From assembly GCA_009103225.1 (NCBI GenBank), contig RHPI01000585.1, positions 1-64,000 on the forward strand: a stretch of 64,000 bases of DNA, in the 5' to 3' direction. A program made the position numbers and the translations under genes. Below, piece by piece: positions 36,531 to 49,330 of the stretch; the stretch's first letter is position 1, and every line of letters starts with the position of its first letter. The notes beneath the pieces were generated by a model that worked only from the letters and a program-made list of their open reading frames with translations, ran no database searches and was not told the DNA's origin. The DNA comes from Chlorokybus atmophyticus (taxonomy: Eukaryota; Plantae; Mesostigma and Chlorokybus algae).

Positions 36531-36898
36531 CACTTTGTTGCGGTTTTCAACCGCCCCTGTCTATGATAACTTATCATTGATAAGGCTGTCGATGTTAAAA
36601 GGTATTCGACTCAATCGGCGCTTCATTTACTTTGTTGCGGTTTTCAACCGCCCCTGTGTACGATAACTTATCATGCATAAGGCTGTCGATGTTAAAAGGT
36701 ATTTTACTTTGTCGGCGCTCCATTTACATTGCTAATGAGGTCGACTATGTCAATACACTCGCATAAGTCCTGCAGCCCGTGCCAGTACTAATACGAGCTG
36801 TATGATAAGGCTGTCGATGTTCAAAGGTACTCAACTTTGTCGGCGGTTTACTTACTTTGCTAATGAAGTCATTATCGACTATGTCAATACACTCGAAT
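36531..36898. repeat. Degenerate ~98-bp tandem duplications
   Basis: tttgttgcggttttcaaccgcccctgt... x2 and gataaggctgtcgatgtt[a/c]aaaggta x3. Confidence 0.85.
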
Positions 36899-39568
36899 GG
36901 GTTCTGCAGCTCGTGCCAGTATTGGCACGGGCTGCAGGGTCTATGCACGGAACCATATAAAACTGACAACAAACTGCTTGTGCCAGCACATGACGCTAAT
37001 TCATAAACTAGTCGCTGGCACACTAATAACGCAGCCAGAACTGGCACAACACTAGCCTGATGCCATGCCTGGCACAAACTCACCAGCAGTGCCAGCATTG
37101 GCGCATTACATAATGTGCCATCATAGACCAATGCATGAAAATGTAGTTGTGCTAGTTTTGGCGGCGATGTGATACATCATACTTATACTGTGGTAATGTT
37201 ACAATCAGCAACAAAAGGAAAAAGAAAAACTATTGGAATTTAAGAAACAGTTATTGGAAGCGCATGTCACATGTCACACAACCATAGCTATGTACTCAAA
37301 TCTATTAAACTTACAACTACAACTACTGGTTGCTGCGGGTGCTTCTTTTTTTCAAGCTCCAGCACCACCTCCATCTCTACAAAGTCGCGATAACACCAAG
37401 ATTAGCAAATTGACAACCAGTAGCATAGACCAGCCGGCGTTTAATGCTGGACTAGCAGACCTAGACCAGCCAGACCAAGTAACTTGAACTTACAAATCGA
37501 AACACTATCCAACCACAGCAGCAGATTAGCCGACCAACCAACAAGCTGATAATATCAGGTGACCTATCAATATGCTTACTAGCTTTTATCAGCGCAGCAG
37601 CGCACGAGCTTAGATCAACACAAAGACAAGCACATAAGCACTTCAGTTGTCTGCTCTGATGCTGCTTGTGCGGCCGGGAGCGGCAAACTCGCAGCCGCTT
37701 GCAGCTAAGCCAAGCACAGCTGTGCACAAAATGGTTTGAAGTGACAAGTCAGCAGACATGGCAGTCAACACAAAGAACACACATGTCTTCATCTACTTTG
37801 CAAGTTGTCAGCTTGACTTGTGTGCCACCAGCTGGCTTTCCTCAAGCATCAGTCTTGCCAGTTATAGCATATAACCAACAAGCATAACTGAAGCTGCACG
37901 GGGACGAACCGAATGGCCAAGTGTGTTGGCATTGCTTGCTGTCAGCCAGCAGGCGATGCAAGTTGCAAGTTGCAATGGCTGCTGTTAATGCAGTGCCTGC
38001 TAGGCTTCAGTGGACTAAAGCTTGGTTACAGCGAGAGCAGTCCCTTAACAAATGACAATGCAAGCAAACATGTAAGCAGCATCAAGTTGCACTTGCGCAC
38101 ACTGGCCAAGTTGCTGACGTTTGATTGCATGCACTCGAACGAGCTAGTGAGCGAATACTTCATGCTTTGGCACAATTAGATGGTACCTTTAGGGCCTTAA
38201 CCAGGGAAGAGTATGACGGCTGTGCAGCAGCTGCTTGTCCATGTGCATGGACAAGCAGCTGAAGCACACGGCTGCGAGGTTGTGCATGACAGAGTGCATG
38301 AAAAGGACTTGCCGTTGGCCTCTTCACCTTTGTCATGGACTTGTAGGTGCCTAAACTACCTGAGATAGCAAAGCAGGGCAACATTAATAGTCAGTGGAAT
38401 TGCTTGCTGTAGAGCGACACCACATGCTGTGTTTGACTCTAGCGGCTAATTGCAGAAGCGTGCAGAAATTAGTGTCATGAAAATGGTGACATTGATGGTA
38501 AGCTGTACAAAGCTTGTGTCAAGTACCTGCAGCGCAAGCCATCAAAAGCGAGGAGACAGTGAGGAAGGCTGCGCGCCATCCTCTCACCTGCATGTCACAA
38601 GCAAGACCAGTGTTGGGGGTGTTGCAGCGAACACTCGCCACACAAACTACATCACACGCTCAAAAAGAGATAGAAACGGAGCAGAGGGAGAGAGACAGCA
38701 GGCAGCAGGTAGCAGGAAAAAAGCTGCTTGCTTGCGGTAAGCTTTTTAGCTGAGCAGCTTGGCACAAGCAGCCACTGCTTGCTGCCTGCTGCAATGCGCT
38801 TACATAAACAAACCAACACCTGAGCTGCCCGCCTAGCCCGTCAACCCCGCCTGGTCGTTGCCGGCCTGCTCGGTAGCAAAACTAGAATCAAACTTTTCAC
38901 AACAATTTCTACAACTTACAAGTTACATTTGAAATCACTTGGTCACTCATACCCAACCAGTTGTAAGTTGCATTCTATGTAAGTTACAAGCGACTGAGTA
39001 CTTAGCAATGCAAACTCAATATATTCAAGTTAGTAGTCGACACAATGATTAACCTAAATGCGTCTCAGTTGTACTGAAGTTGTAGGTTACAAGCACGTAA
39101 GTTACCTAAAGTAACTACTGAGCAACAAGCACTGTCAGCGTAAGTAGTGAGTCAGACTCACAACTCATACATATCGGATAGGAATTGAGGTAGTACTTAT
39201 CCAAGTCTTACCCGATCGACTTGGGTCTAATGGCCGGTCTTGAAGATCGGGGTCGAGCGGGTCTTATACCTGGTGGGTTTGTGCAAGTCTTGGGGTCTTT
39301 AAGGGCCTTGTGCCATTGATGGCATTACTTCATTAAGTCTTAATACCGGCACAAACTACTTATACGAATATTGGTCTGGGTTTGTGCCAGCAGTAGCATA
39401 CCATGCCATTACTGGCATAGCATTTGTGCCACTACGGTAATTTATCGACCAACATTGGCACGGTTTGTGCCAACACCGGCTTAAGGTATTTTCAGGTGGC
39501 CAGTACTGGCACAAAATTTTCGCGCCAGTACTGGCACAAATCCAGAACTGGCCCGGGGCGCTGAACCC
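36899..39568. mobile_element. Non-autonomous TIR element flanked by AT dinucleotides
   Basis: Ends gggttctgcagctcgtgccagt ... actggcccggggcgctgaaccc; AT at 36897-36898 and 39569-39570; dense gtgccagtactggcac subterminal motifs at both ends; no recognisable ORF. Confidence 0.6.
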
Positions 39569-39689
39569 ATATGACTATGTGCGATTCGCCAAAGGTGTTA
39601 CCCTAGTGCACCAATTGGCGCTCATTGCGTGTGCGTTGTGTTTGTTCCGTTCCACACGGTACCATAAAAGTCGATGTGTAAGGATAAGG

Positions 39690-40319
39690 ATACAGATAGG
39701 GCTAAGGATAGGGATAGCAATCAGCGTAGTGATAGTGGAAAATGTTAATTACACGACTGATGATAAAGAGAGTGCTAAGAGTAGGGATAGCAAAAGTGAC
39801 TTTTGTAATAGTAGTGCTGTTGATATTAATTTTGTGATAATACTAGATGATAGGGCTATGGATACATATAGCAATAATGACAGTCGTAGCTATAGTGGTA
39901 GTGGTAATGATAACCATAAGGATAATACCAGTAAGGATTGGGCTGGGGATATGGATAGCAATATTGGCAGTATTGTCATTATACTGGTGGTACTTATTGT
40001 ATTGGTAGTGATGATAGTTATAGTGATAATACTGCTAACGATGGAGATAGGGCTAGGGATAATGGTAATGACTTTCGTTGTGGTAGTAGTAGTGAGTCAT
40101 AGTAATGGTTCAGTAAAGAGGTAGGGGATAGCAATAGTGACAGTAGCTATAGTGGTTGTCATACCATGGTTATGGGACATGGAGAAATGACATCTGGCTC
40201 CTTCTATGGTAGCGACTTTTGCTGCCATATCCTAATGGTTAAGGCGCCAATGTTATAGTGGTAGTAATAATTATAGGGATGGTACCAGTAAGGATAGGGC
40301 TGAGGATAGGGATAACAAC
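39690..40319. repeat. Degenerate gatagt/ggatag low-complexity array split by the Gypsy insertion (continues 46363-46500)
   Basis: Same motif composition on both sides of the LTR element. Confidence 0.7.
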
Positions 40320-41086
40320 TGTAACAGTCAAGGCCAAATTCTGTGATTTTCATGGCCGTTTTAGGCCTTATTTGTAAGGTACATGTTTTTAAATGACTTG
40401 TGGCGGATATCGGCGAGTTATGAGTCTGCCGCGGATATCGACCGGGGCCCCAAGACCAGTCCGGAAGGTGCCAGAAAACGGAGGGCCAGTCGAGAAGGGC
40501 TCGACCAGATTTCTGGAAGGGCCTGGCGCCAAGTAGTATAACTTGACCATATGAGCAGCAAATTAGGAGATCTTTGGTGCGTTGGAAAGGTCTAGAAGTG
40601 TACTACAAGATTCTGCAAGAATATCTTAGCTTCTAGTTCCGTCTAGCGCTAGAATCGTCTAGACAGTAGCATGTGCAGACTGGTAGGTATAAAAGTGACA
40701 TTCTACAATTTGCAATACAACCTTTAGCTCCCTAGTTTCTGGTGTGCAAGCTTGGTGGTGGTTAGCAGGGGTTGCTAGCGTGTGGCCACTGGTGTGTGCT
40801 TGCTTGTGTGACGATCCAAGGCGCTACACAAGTCGGTGTGTAGCTTCGAGCGCATGCGCGTGCGTACGCGAGTGGCGGGGCGCGTGTGTGTGCTTGGCAG
40901 AGGGGGCAAGGTTCCGGTGTGAATCCCGTGTCTTGGTGAGAGGGTTGTGGATTGGACCAACTCACAGGTGACAAGGCACGAGCACCGTCACAACTGGCAT
41001 CGGAGCACGGTTTACGAAGGTGAGAGAGGAAGTGTGTGGGCGTTTACACTTTTCACTCGGAACAGGAGTGTAGTGTGTTTGTAGAG

Positions 41087-42115
41087 ATGGAGGATGCTCG
41101 CATGGAAGAGCTTCAAGCTGCCATCTTGGCACTGAGGGAAGAGCTTCATCACACTCAAGCGGCGGCACAAGCACAACGCGAGGCGTATGAGCATGCGATG
41201 GCGCGTGTACAAATTCCCATGGCATCAAGCTCGCGCGTGCATGTGAAGGTGCCAAAGCCCAAGCCATTCAGGGGTCAACGTGATGGAGATGCAGTGGATG
41301 AGTGGATTTTTCAAGTATCGTCTTGGTTGAAGCTCACGGAGGTGCCCACGCATCTGCACGTGGAGGTTGCAGCGACATTGCTTGAAGGTGCAGCACTTGT
41401 GTGGTGGAGGCATCGATGTACGCGTGTTGCAAACGGGTTGGCGCTACCATTGACCACCATGGAAGAGTTGGCACTGGAGGTCAGGCATCATGTTGTTCCC
41501 GTTGAGAGCGTGAAGGCCGCACGTGACAAACTTGCAGCCCTTGTGCAAATGGGGTCGGTGATGGCGTACACGGCCGCGTTTCAGCGATTGGTGATGTCCA
41601 TACCCAATATGACCGAGGAGGAGCGGTTGGACAGGTATACACGTGGTTTAAAACCTTTGGGGCGTAAAGAAGTGGAGCTACGGGACCCGAAGACACTTGC
41701 GGAGGCTATACGCATCGCGGAGCGTCTCGACGCGTTGTACTTCAAGTCCACCACAAGAAACACTGACTGGAGGCAAAGGCATGGTGATCAGCCCCGGGGA
41801 GGCTTTCAACATGCATGGAGACGAGGAGAACCAAGTTCAGCACTTGCCAATGGAGGTGGAGCTGACTCTGGGCCTGCACCAATGGAGGTGGGTGCCATAC
41901 ACACGCATGGAAGTGAGGCGAAGCACGGCGGACGTGGTGAAAGAGGTAAAGGTGTGCGCAAGTGTTATGCGTGTGGGTCGACGGAGCATTTGGCGTACGG
42001 ATGCCCCAAACGAAGCACGCAAAGGCCAACACCGGATGGCAACCCTCGCCGTGATCGTCGCGTCAACACCATGGAGCAAAATGGCGTGGAGCAGGAAAAC
42101 GACTTCCCCCAGTAG
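41087..42115 (+). CDS. gag: Gypsy-1 gag
   Basis: KPKPFRG...VDEWIFQV; AARDKLAALVQMGSVMAYTAAF; RYTRGLKP...EVEL; PAPMEVGA; CCHC knuckle CYACGSTEHLAYGC. Confidence 0.95.
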   Translation: MEDARMEELQAAILALREELHHTQAAAQAQREAYEHAMARVQIPMASSSRVHVKVPKPKPFRGQRDGDAVDEWIFQVSSWLKLTEVPTHLHVEVAATLLEGAALVWWRHRCTRVANGLALPLTTMEELALEVRHHVVPVESVKAARDKLAALVQMGSVMAYTAAFQRLVMSIPNMTEEERLDRYTRGLKPLGRKEVELRDPKTLAEAIRIAERLDALYFKSTTRNTDWRQRHGDQPRGGFQHAWRRGEPSSALANGGGADSGPAPMEVGAIHTHGSEAKHGGRGERGKGVRKCYACGSTEHLAYGCPKRSTQRPTPDGNPRRDRRVNTMEQNGVEQENDFPQ

Positions 42116-45100
42116 GTGAGGAGGCTTGTGCTGGGGATAGGAAGGAGCCTCATGCATGGACGGATGCTATGACATTTTCATTAAAGAAGCAAGAGGAGAT
42201 GGCTTTAAACGCGCCAATGGTGGTGAGTTATGCAAACGAGGAGACAACAATGTACTTCGGGCTTCGAGCACACATTTGCGATGACCAAGGACGATGGAGA
42301 GAGTGTAAGCTCATGATTGATAGCGGTGCCAACAGCAACTTCGTGAGTATTGATATCGCGCGGCGTTACGGTTGGCTTTCGTCGTTACGAGGAGGTGAAG
42401 TGAAGCTCGCTGATGGAGAGCCACCCTCTGGATGTGATGGCGCTGCGTTTATGACCAAAGAGTTGTGCGTTCGCATTGGGAAGATGAAGGAGAACATGCG
42501 ATTTTGCTGCATCACCCTACGGAACGGGTTTGACGGGATTTTGGGACTACCGTGGCTATGGCAACATAATCCAGCCATCAATTGGAGGAAGCGCGTGCTC
42601 ACCATCGAGCGAAACGGTGGAGAGTCCATTCAAGCTGCATCGGACGTCATCGAGGCGCGGCACGCACAATTAGGTGGTACGACAATTGCCCAGATCTCTT
42701 ATGTGCAATTGAGGAAGTTATTGTCTCCACGGAAGGCAAAGGCTGCATGGTTGTGCGTGGTGCGCGAAAACACTGCAAAGTCAGCACCGGAGCTGAGTGA
42801 CGATGTTCAGACGGCTACTATGGACCCCGAGGTGTGTAAACTTGTTAAAGAATACTAAGATATCATGGTGGACGGACTTCCATCTGGTCTACCACCTCCA
42901 CGGAGCGTAGACCACCGTGTGGAGCTGATTGAGGGCGTGCACAAGCCACCGTATCGACCCGTATACAAGTTGTCACCTTTGGAACTGGAAGAGGCCGAGA
43001 GGCAGGTGGCGGACTTGCTGGAAAGAGGCTACATCAGGCCTAGTAAGTCCCCCTATGGTGCACCTATTTTGTTTGTACGAAAGAAGAACGGGAGCTTGCG
43101 CATGTGCGTCGACTACCGAGCTCTCAACAACATCACGAAGAGGAACTGCTTTCCACTCCCATGTATCGACGACTTGCTGGGCAATTGCAAGGTGCGCAGT
43201 ACTTCACAACACTTGATCTTGCTGGAGGTTATCACCAAATTCGCATCGCGCCCGAGGATGTGGAGAAAACAGCTTTTAACACACGTTATGGGCACTACGA
43301 GTGGTTGGTCATGTCCTTCGGACTTACGAACGCACCGGCAACATTTCAAACGCTTATGAACAGCGTTTTTGCTGACTTGATTGGTAAGGGAGTCCTCGTG
43401 TACCTCGACGACATTTTGGTGTACGCGACAACAAAGGAGGAGCACGTGGCACTTCTACGGCGCGTGTTGCAGCGTTTGCGCGAACACAAGTTGTACGCCC
43501 AGCTACAGAAGTGCAAATTCTTGCTTCGAGAGGTGGAGTACCTAGGCCACATTGTGTCGCATGAAGGCATCAAGCCGGACCCCAACAAAGTGCAGGTGGT
43601 GCGCGAGTGGGCTGCCCCGACCAATGTAAAGGAGGTGATGTCCTTTTTAGGCCTTGCGAGGTATTATCGCAAGTTTATCATGGGGTTTTCGCGCATAGCT
43701 GCTCCCTTGACCGCCCTACTCAAGAAGGGAAAGCATTGGAGCTGGTCAGCAACAGAGGAACATGCATTTGATGCGTTGAAGAAGGCGCTGACGGAGGCAC
43801 CAGTCCTGGCTCACCCCAACATGGAAAAGACATTTATTTTGGCTTGCGACGCGTCCGACACAGCCGTAGGAGCTGTTTTGCAGCAAGACCATGGCAACGG
43901 CCTTCAACCAGTAGCATTCTTCAGCAAGAAGATGAGTGGTGCGGAGCTGAATTACCCCGTGCACGAGAAGGAACTTTTAGCGCAAGTCATGGCGCTACGA
44001 CAATGGCGTTGTTTTTTGGAAGGCAAAAAGTTCGTGCTTGAGACGGATCACTCTCCACTGAGGTACTTACAAACACAACCTCATCTGAGTCGCAGACAAG
44101 CTCGATGGCTTGAGTTCTTTCAACTTTTTGACTTCGATATCAAGTACAAGCCCGGTACGTCAAATGGTGTTGCTGACGCGCTGAGCCGGCTTAATGCAAT
44201 TGAGGCACTCGCTCAAGTGCAGCCCGAGTGGACCGACCAGATTCGGCAAGTGCTTCGTGAAGACACGGAGGGTATGAAAGTGTTGCAAGAGCTGGAAAAT
44301 ACAGCTACGGACACAAGTGGGCACTGGTCAATGCGCGACGGCTGCTGTGGCACCATGGGCGCTTGTACATCCCCGACGTCGCGCATATCCGTGTGAAGTT
44401 GCTGAAGGAAGCTCATGACGTGCCCATTGCTGGTCACCAAGGGTTGGAAAGGACTTTGGCAAGCTTAAAACAGCGTTTTTACTGGCGAGAGATGCATCGC
44501 GATGTGCGCGACTACGTGGCGTTGTGCGACGCATGCCAAAGGGTGAAGGCAAGCAACCAAAAGCCAGGTGGGTTGCTGCAACCTCTCCCTGTGCCATTGT
44601 CCAAGTGGGAGCAAGTTACCATGGACTTTATCACGGGGCTACCAAAGACAAAAGAAGGGTACGACGCTATACTTGTGTTCGTCGATAAAACCAGCAAAAT
44701 GGTACGCTTGGCACCGTGTAGTGAGTCTTGCACGGCACCGGAGGCAGCACGCTTGTTCGTGAAGCATGTATTTCGTTCTCATGGATTACCACGAAGCATT
44801 GTGAGTGATCGCGACCCGCGCTTTACAAGTAAGTTTTGGGAGGCGCTGCATAGTGCACTGGGTACCACACTGAAGTTTAGCACGGCATTCCACCCGCAAA
44901 CTGATGGGCAAACGGAGCGGGCCAACCGTGTGATCGAGGACATGCTGCGTTGCTACGTTAACGCGCGACAAGACAATTGGGAGGAGCTGCTTGAGTTGGT
45001 TGAGTTTGCGATCAACAACCACCACAATGCAAGCACAGGTGTCACTCCCTTCCTTATGAACTACGGGCAACATCCATTGACACCGTTGACGGCATGGACA

Positions 45101-45700
45101 CCGCGACGACATGACGTGCGTGTGGAGGCAGCTAATGACTTCCTTACAAAGTGCGCGGACATTAACAAGGCAGCTAGGGATGCGTTATTGGTGGCACAAT
45201 ATTGGCAGAAGTAGTACGCGGACGCGCATCGCCGACACCTCACGTTTCTGAAAGGCGACATTGTGTTACTCTCCGCGAAGCACGTCCAGGTGCGTACGGG
45301 AGTTCGCAAGCTGAATGAACGCTGGTTGGGACCATTTAAGGTCAGCAAAGTTATCTCGGACGTGGCGTACAAGTTGGAGCTACCCGACACCATGCGTGTG
45401 CACCCCGTTTTTCACGTCTCCCTTCTGAAAGCATATCGAGGACAACCGCCAGAAAGGCCACCCCCCGAAGTTGGCACGGACGGTGAACCCGAGTGGGAGG
45501 TAGAAGACATCCTTGGTGAGAAGTTTGTGCATGGCGTACGCAAGTTCTTAGTGAAATGGAAGGGCTATCCGTTGCATGAAGCATCCTGGGAGCCAGAGGC
45601 ACACTTGACTAATGCTCAAGACGTTGTGCGTGCCTATCTTGCTCGACGACAACCTCGCGAGCTTCGAGGACGAAGCTCACCTGGGGGGGGAGGAGTGTAA
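42100..45700 (+). pseudogene. pol: Gypsy-1 pol (PR-RT-RNaseH-IN-chromodomain), disrupted
   Basis: IDSGA; LRMCVDYRALN; YLDDIL; ACDASD; TDHSPL; HDVPIAGH...CDAC; MDFITGLP; SDRDPRF; chromodomain EWEVEDIL...FLVKWKGYPLHEASWEP. Stops at 42856 and 45212; frameshifts near 43185 and 44345. Confidence 0.95.
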
Positions 45701-47790
45701 CAATCAAGGCCAAATTCTGTGATTTTCATGGCCGTTTTAGGCCTTATTTGTAAGGTACATGTTTTTAAATGACTTGTGGCGGATATCGGCGAGTTATGAG
45801 TCTGCCGCGGATATCGACCGGGGCCCCAAGACCAGTCCGGAAGGTGCCAGAAAACGGAGGGCCAGTCGAGAAGGGCTCGACCAGATTTCTGGAAGGGCCT
45901 GGCGCCAAGTAGTATAACTTGACCATATGAGCAGCAAATTAGGAGATCTTTGGTGCGTTGGAAAGGTCTAGAAGTGTACTACAAGATTCTGCAAGAATAT
46001 CTTAGCTTCTAGTTCCGTCTAGCGCTAGAATCGTCTAGACAGTAGTATGTGCAGACTGGTAGGTATAAAAGTGACATTCTACAATTTGCAATACAACCTT
46101 TAGCTCCCTAGTTTCTGGTGTGCAAGCTTGGTGGTGGTTAGCAGGGGTTGCTAGCGTGTGGCCACTGGTGTGTGCTTGCTTGTGTGACGATCCAAGGCGC
46201 TACACAAGTCGGTGTTTAGCTTCGAGCGCATGCGTACGCGAGTGGCGGGGCGCGTGTGTGTGCTTGGTAGAGGGGGCAAGGTTCCGGTGTGAATACCGTG
46301 TCTTGGTGAGAGGGTTGTGGATTGGACCAACTCACAGGTGACAAGGCACGAGCACCGTCACAACAAAAGTAACCATTGTAGTGGTTGTAGTGGTAATGGC
46401 AGTGATAATCATAATGATAGTACCAATGATAGAGATATGGGTAGGGATATCAATAAACATGTGATAGAGGTAGTTATAATGTATGTAATAATGCTGTACG
46501 AATTTATAACCTTTTAGCCTGCATCTCAATTATTCAAACAAACCAGCAGCACACGTGGTTTTACGATTTCATGCAAACCAGTTTTTTCAAATAATGGATT
46601 CTAGCACGCTTACGTGTCAAACGTTATTCACAGTCCACAAAAACCATTTGAGTGATCATATACGTCATTATCTCAATTAAAGTCGATACCAATTGAATCA
46701 ATCATTGTTCTTCCAATGTAAGCAATATGGAGCGTCAAACTTATTCCGATAGATTTCGGAATTCGCCGTGCAATCCTTTGACCGAACATTGTTGTGTTGT
46801 GGGTTGTGCGAGCTGCACACGGCCTCCTTGCTAACGTTCAGCAGTGGCGGCAGCTGTGGCGGCGGCGGCGGCGGTTGCTGTTTTTCTGAAGATATGACGT
46901 TGAGTTCAACTATCGGTGCGGCTGATTGGGCGTGTGATTGGGCCGGCCGGCCGGCATTAGGGCATAAGATACATCACACGCGCACCACGCACAACGGCCC
47001 AGTAACATACGGCACCCGCGACTGCCGGGCTGCGCGGCCCGCCTGCCTCTCATTGGCTAGGCGGCAATAGCTATCGGCCGTTCGATCTGTCAACACAAAT
47101 CCCGACCGTCCAAAGCTCCCCACGTCATGCAACTGCTCAAAATATATGCGAATGATATATACTTTATTTATGATAATCTTAATAACTATATGCAATGATC
47201 ACTACATTTAATAATATGCATTATAATTAATAATAGTTTATATATATATGTATCATAAGTGCAAACTATACATGATATATATCGTATTTACCCGATGACA
47301 GTCCCCCCCTTTTTACAATGTCCCCCCCCCCCCNNNNNNNNNNNNNNNNNNNNNNNNNNNNNNNNNNNNNNNNNNNNNNNNNNNNNNNNNNNNNNNNNNN
47401 NNNNNNNNNNNNNNNNNNNNNNNNNNNNNNNNNNNNNNNNNNNNNNNNNNNNNNNNNNNNNNNNNNNNNNNNNNNNNNNNNNNNNNNNNNNNNNNNNNNN
47501 NNNNNNNNNNNNNNNNNNNNNNNNNNNNNNNNNNNNNNNNNNNNNNNNNNNNNNNNNNNNNNNNNNNNNNNNNNNNNNNNNNNGGGGGATATTATTACAA
47601 GGGGGGACTATGTTTGGTAGCAGGGGTTGCTGCCTTTCCCGCCTTTCTCACGCAAATCTCATCCTTGGGGGCGACCAACTGCGTAGTTGGCGGCGGCGTG
47701 GTTGTTGAGGGTGGTGTGGCTGGCGGCGGTGGCAACATGGCTGGTCGGGCTGCTGCAAGGCAGGCCAGCATGCGCCGGTTTGAGGAGGAA

Positions 47791-48862
47791 GCAGCGGCAG
47801 CGGCTGCAGTCGCCGTTGCTTCCACAGCTGCTGCTAAGGCCAAGGCAGATCAAGCAGCACGTGAGGCGCCCAGATGGGGTGGTTGCAAAGCAGCGCGCAC
47901 GTGAGAGCAGTTGTCAAAAGAATAAGAGGCACCTGCGCCGTCAATTCACAATAAGTCAAAGATGTGCATTCGGTAATGCTTGCTTGCGTGTGTTGTCATC
48001 GCAGGTAGTGTCTGCTTATGCATCTGTTCAACACATGCTCCACATTGATAAGCAGCTAATGCAAAGGTTGTGTGTGTAGCTGAAGATGTTGCGTCGGGCA
48101 CGCCTTATTGGGGTGAAGCTGCAGCACGTGAGCATGATGTCTATCAAAAAAGCATTCGTGAATGGATCAAGCAGGGCATTAACATCACGGGCAGCTTGAG
48201 GTCTGCCTTCGGTTTGCAAGGGGGTACGTTATGTGCAATATACTTACAACATGGAGTGTAAACATCAACATGCAGTGTTTGATGTGGTGTTGCCCTTTGA
48301 CATGCAGGTGGGCGCAAACCTCTGCTGCTGAAGTGGCCTCAGCAGCGGCAGCGGCTGCAGTCGCCGTTGCTGCTGTAGCTGCTGCTAAGGCCAAGGCAGA
48401 CCAAGCAACACATGAGGCGCGCCCAGATGGGGTGGTTGCAAAGCAGCGCGCACGTGAGAGCAGTTGTAAAAAGAATAAGAGGCACCCGCGCCGTTAGTTC
48501 ACAATAAGTCAAAGATGTGCTTGCTTGCGTGTATTGTGTCAGCGCAGGTAGTGTCGGCTTGTGCACCTGTTCAACACATGCTCAACATTGATAGCAGCTA
48601 ATGCAAAGGTTGTGTGTGTAGCTGCAGATGTTGCGTCGGGCACGCCTTATTGAAGTGAAGGCTGCAGCACGTGAGCATGATGTCTATCCCAAAAGCATTC
48701 GTGAATGGATCAAGCAGGGCATTAACATTACGGGCAGCTTGAGGTCTGCCTTTCGTTTGCAAGGGGTACGTTATGTGCAATATACTTACAACATGGAGTG
48801 TAAACATCAACATGCAGTGTTGAACGTGGTGTTGCCCTTTGACATGCAGGTGGGCGCAAACC
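47791..48862. repeat. Internal ~551-bp tandem duplication of the first transposase exons
   Basis: Units start at 47791 and 48342. Confidence 0.9.
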
Positions 48863-48959
48863 ACAATTCTCAAACATGGAGGAGCAGTTGTTCGCCTTTG
48901 TCAAAGTCAAGCGCATGCTTGGCCTTGCTGTTTCGCAGAAGATGCTACAGGTACTGCTT

Positions 48960-49330
48960 GTACACACGCACTCCTTGCTGACTGCTTGTGCATACCCACG
49001 CACTTATTGCTGACTGCTTCCTAACTTACACACGCACTCATTGCTGACTGCTTGTGTACATGCACACGCACTCATTGCTGAACCCTTGTGTACATGCACA
49101 CGCAATCCGTGTTGAGTGGTTGTGCACATACCCACGCACTCATTGCTGACTGCTTGTGTACATGCACACGCACTCATTGCCGACTGCTTGTGCACATACC
49201 CACGCACTCTTTGCTAACTTACACACACACTGCTTCCTGAGTGGTTGTGCCCATACCCACGCTCTCATTGCTGACTGCTTGTGCACATACACTGACTGCT
49301 ACACTGACTGCTTGTACACTTACACTCATT
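48960..49330. repeat. ~33-bp minisatellite (cacacgcactcattgctgactgcttgtgtacatg)
   Basis: About 8-10 degenerate units inside a transposase intron. Confidence 0.88.

Larger units (their letters stand above)
40320..46362 (+). mobile_element. Complete Ty3/Gypsy chromovirus (Gypsy-1)
   Basis: LTRs 40320-40992 and 45696-46362 (TG...CA; 5 substitutions + one 6-bp indel); PBS tggcatcggagc (tRNA-iMet-like) 40995-41006; PPT gggggggaggag 45684-45695; TSD acaac/acaaa (one mismatch). Confidence 0.97.

Noticed and set aside
37130-39230. Transposase inside the AT-flanked element
   Set aside because: Only short ORFs without DDE or other recognisable motifs.
39465-40124. 219-aa ORF with hydrophobic and Asp/Ser-rich stretches
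   Set aside because: Derived from a degenerate gatagt low-complexity array and begins inside TIR repeats.
42113-42172. Stop-codon readthrough at the Gypsy gag TAG (also 60989)
   Set aside because: The gag frame hits another stop within 10-20 codons in both elements; pol is in the -1 frame.
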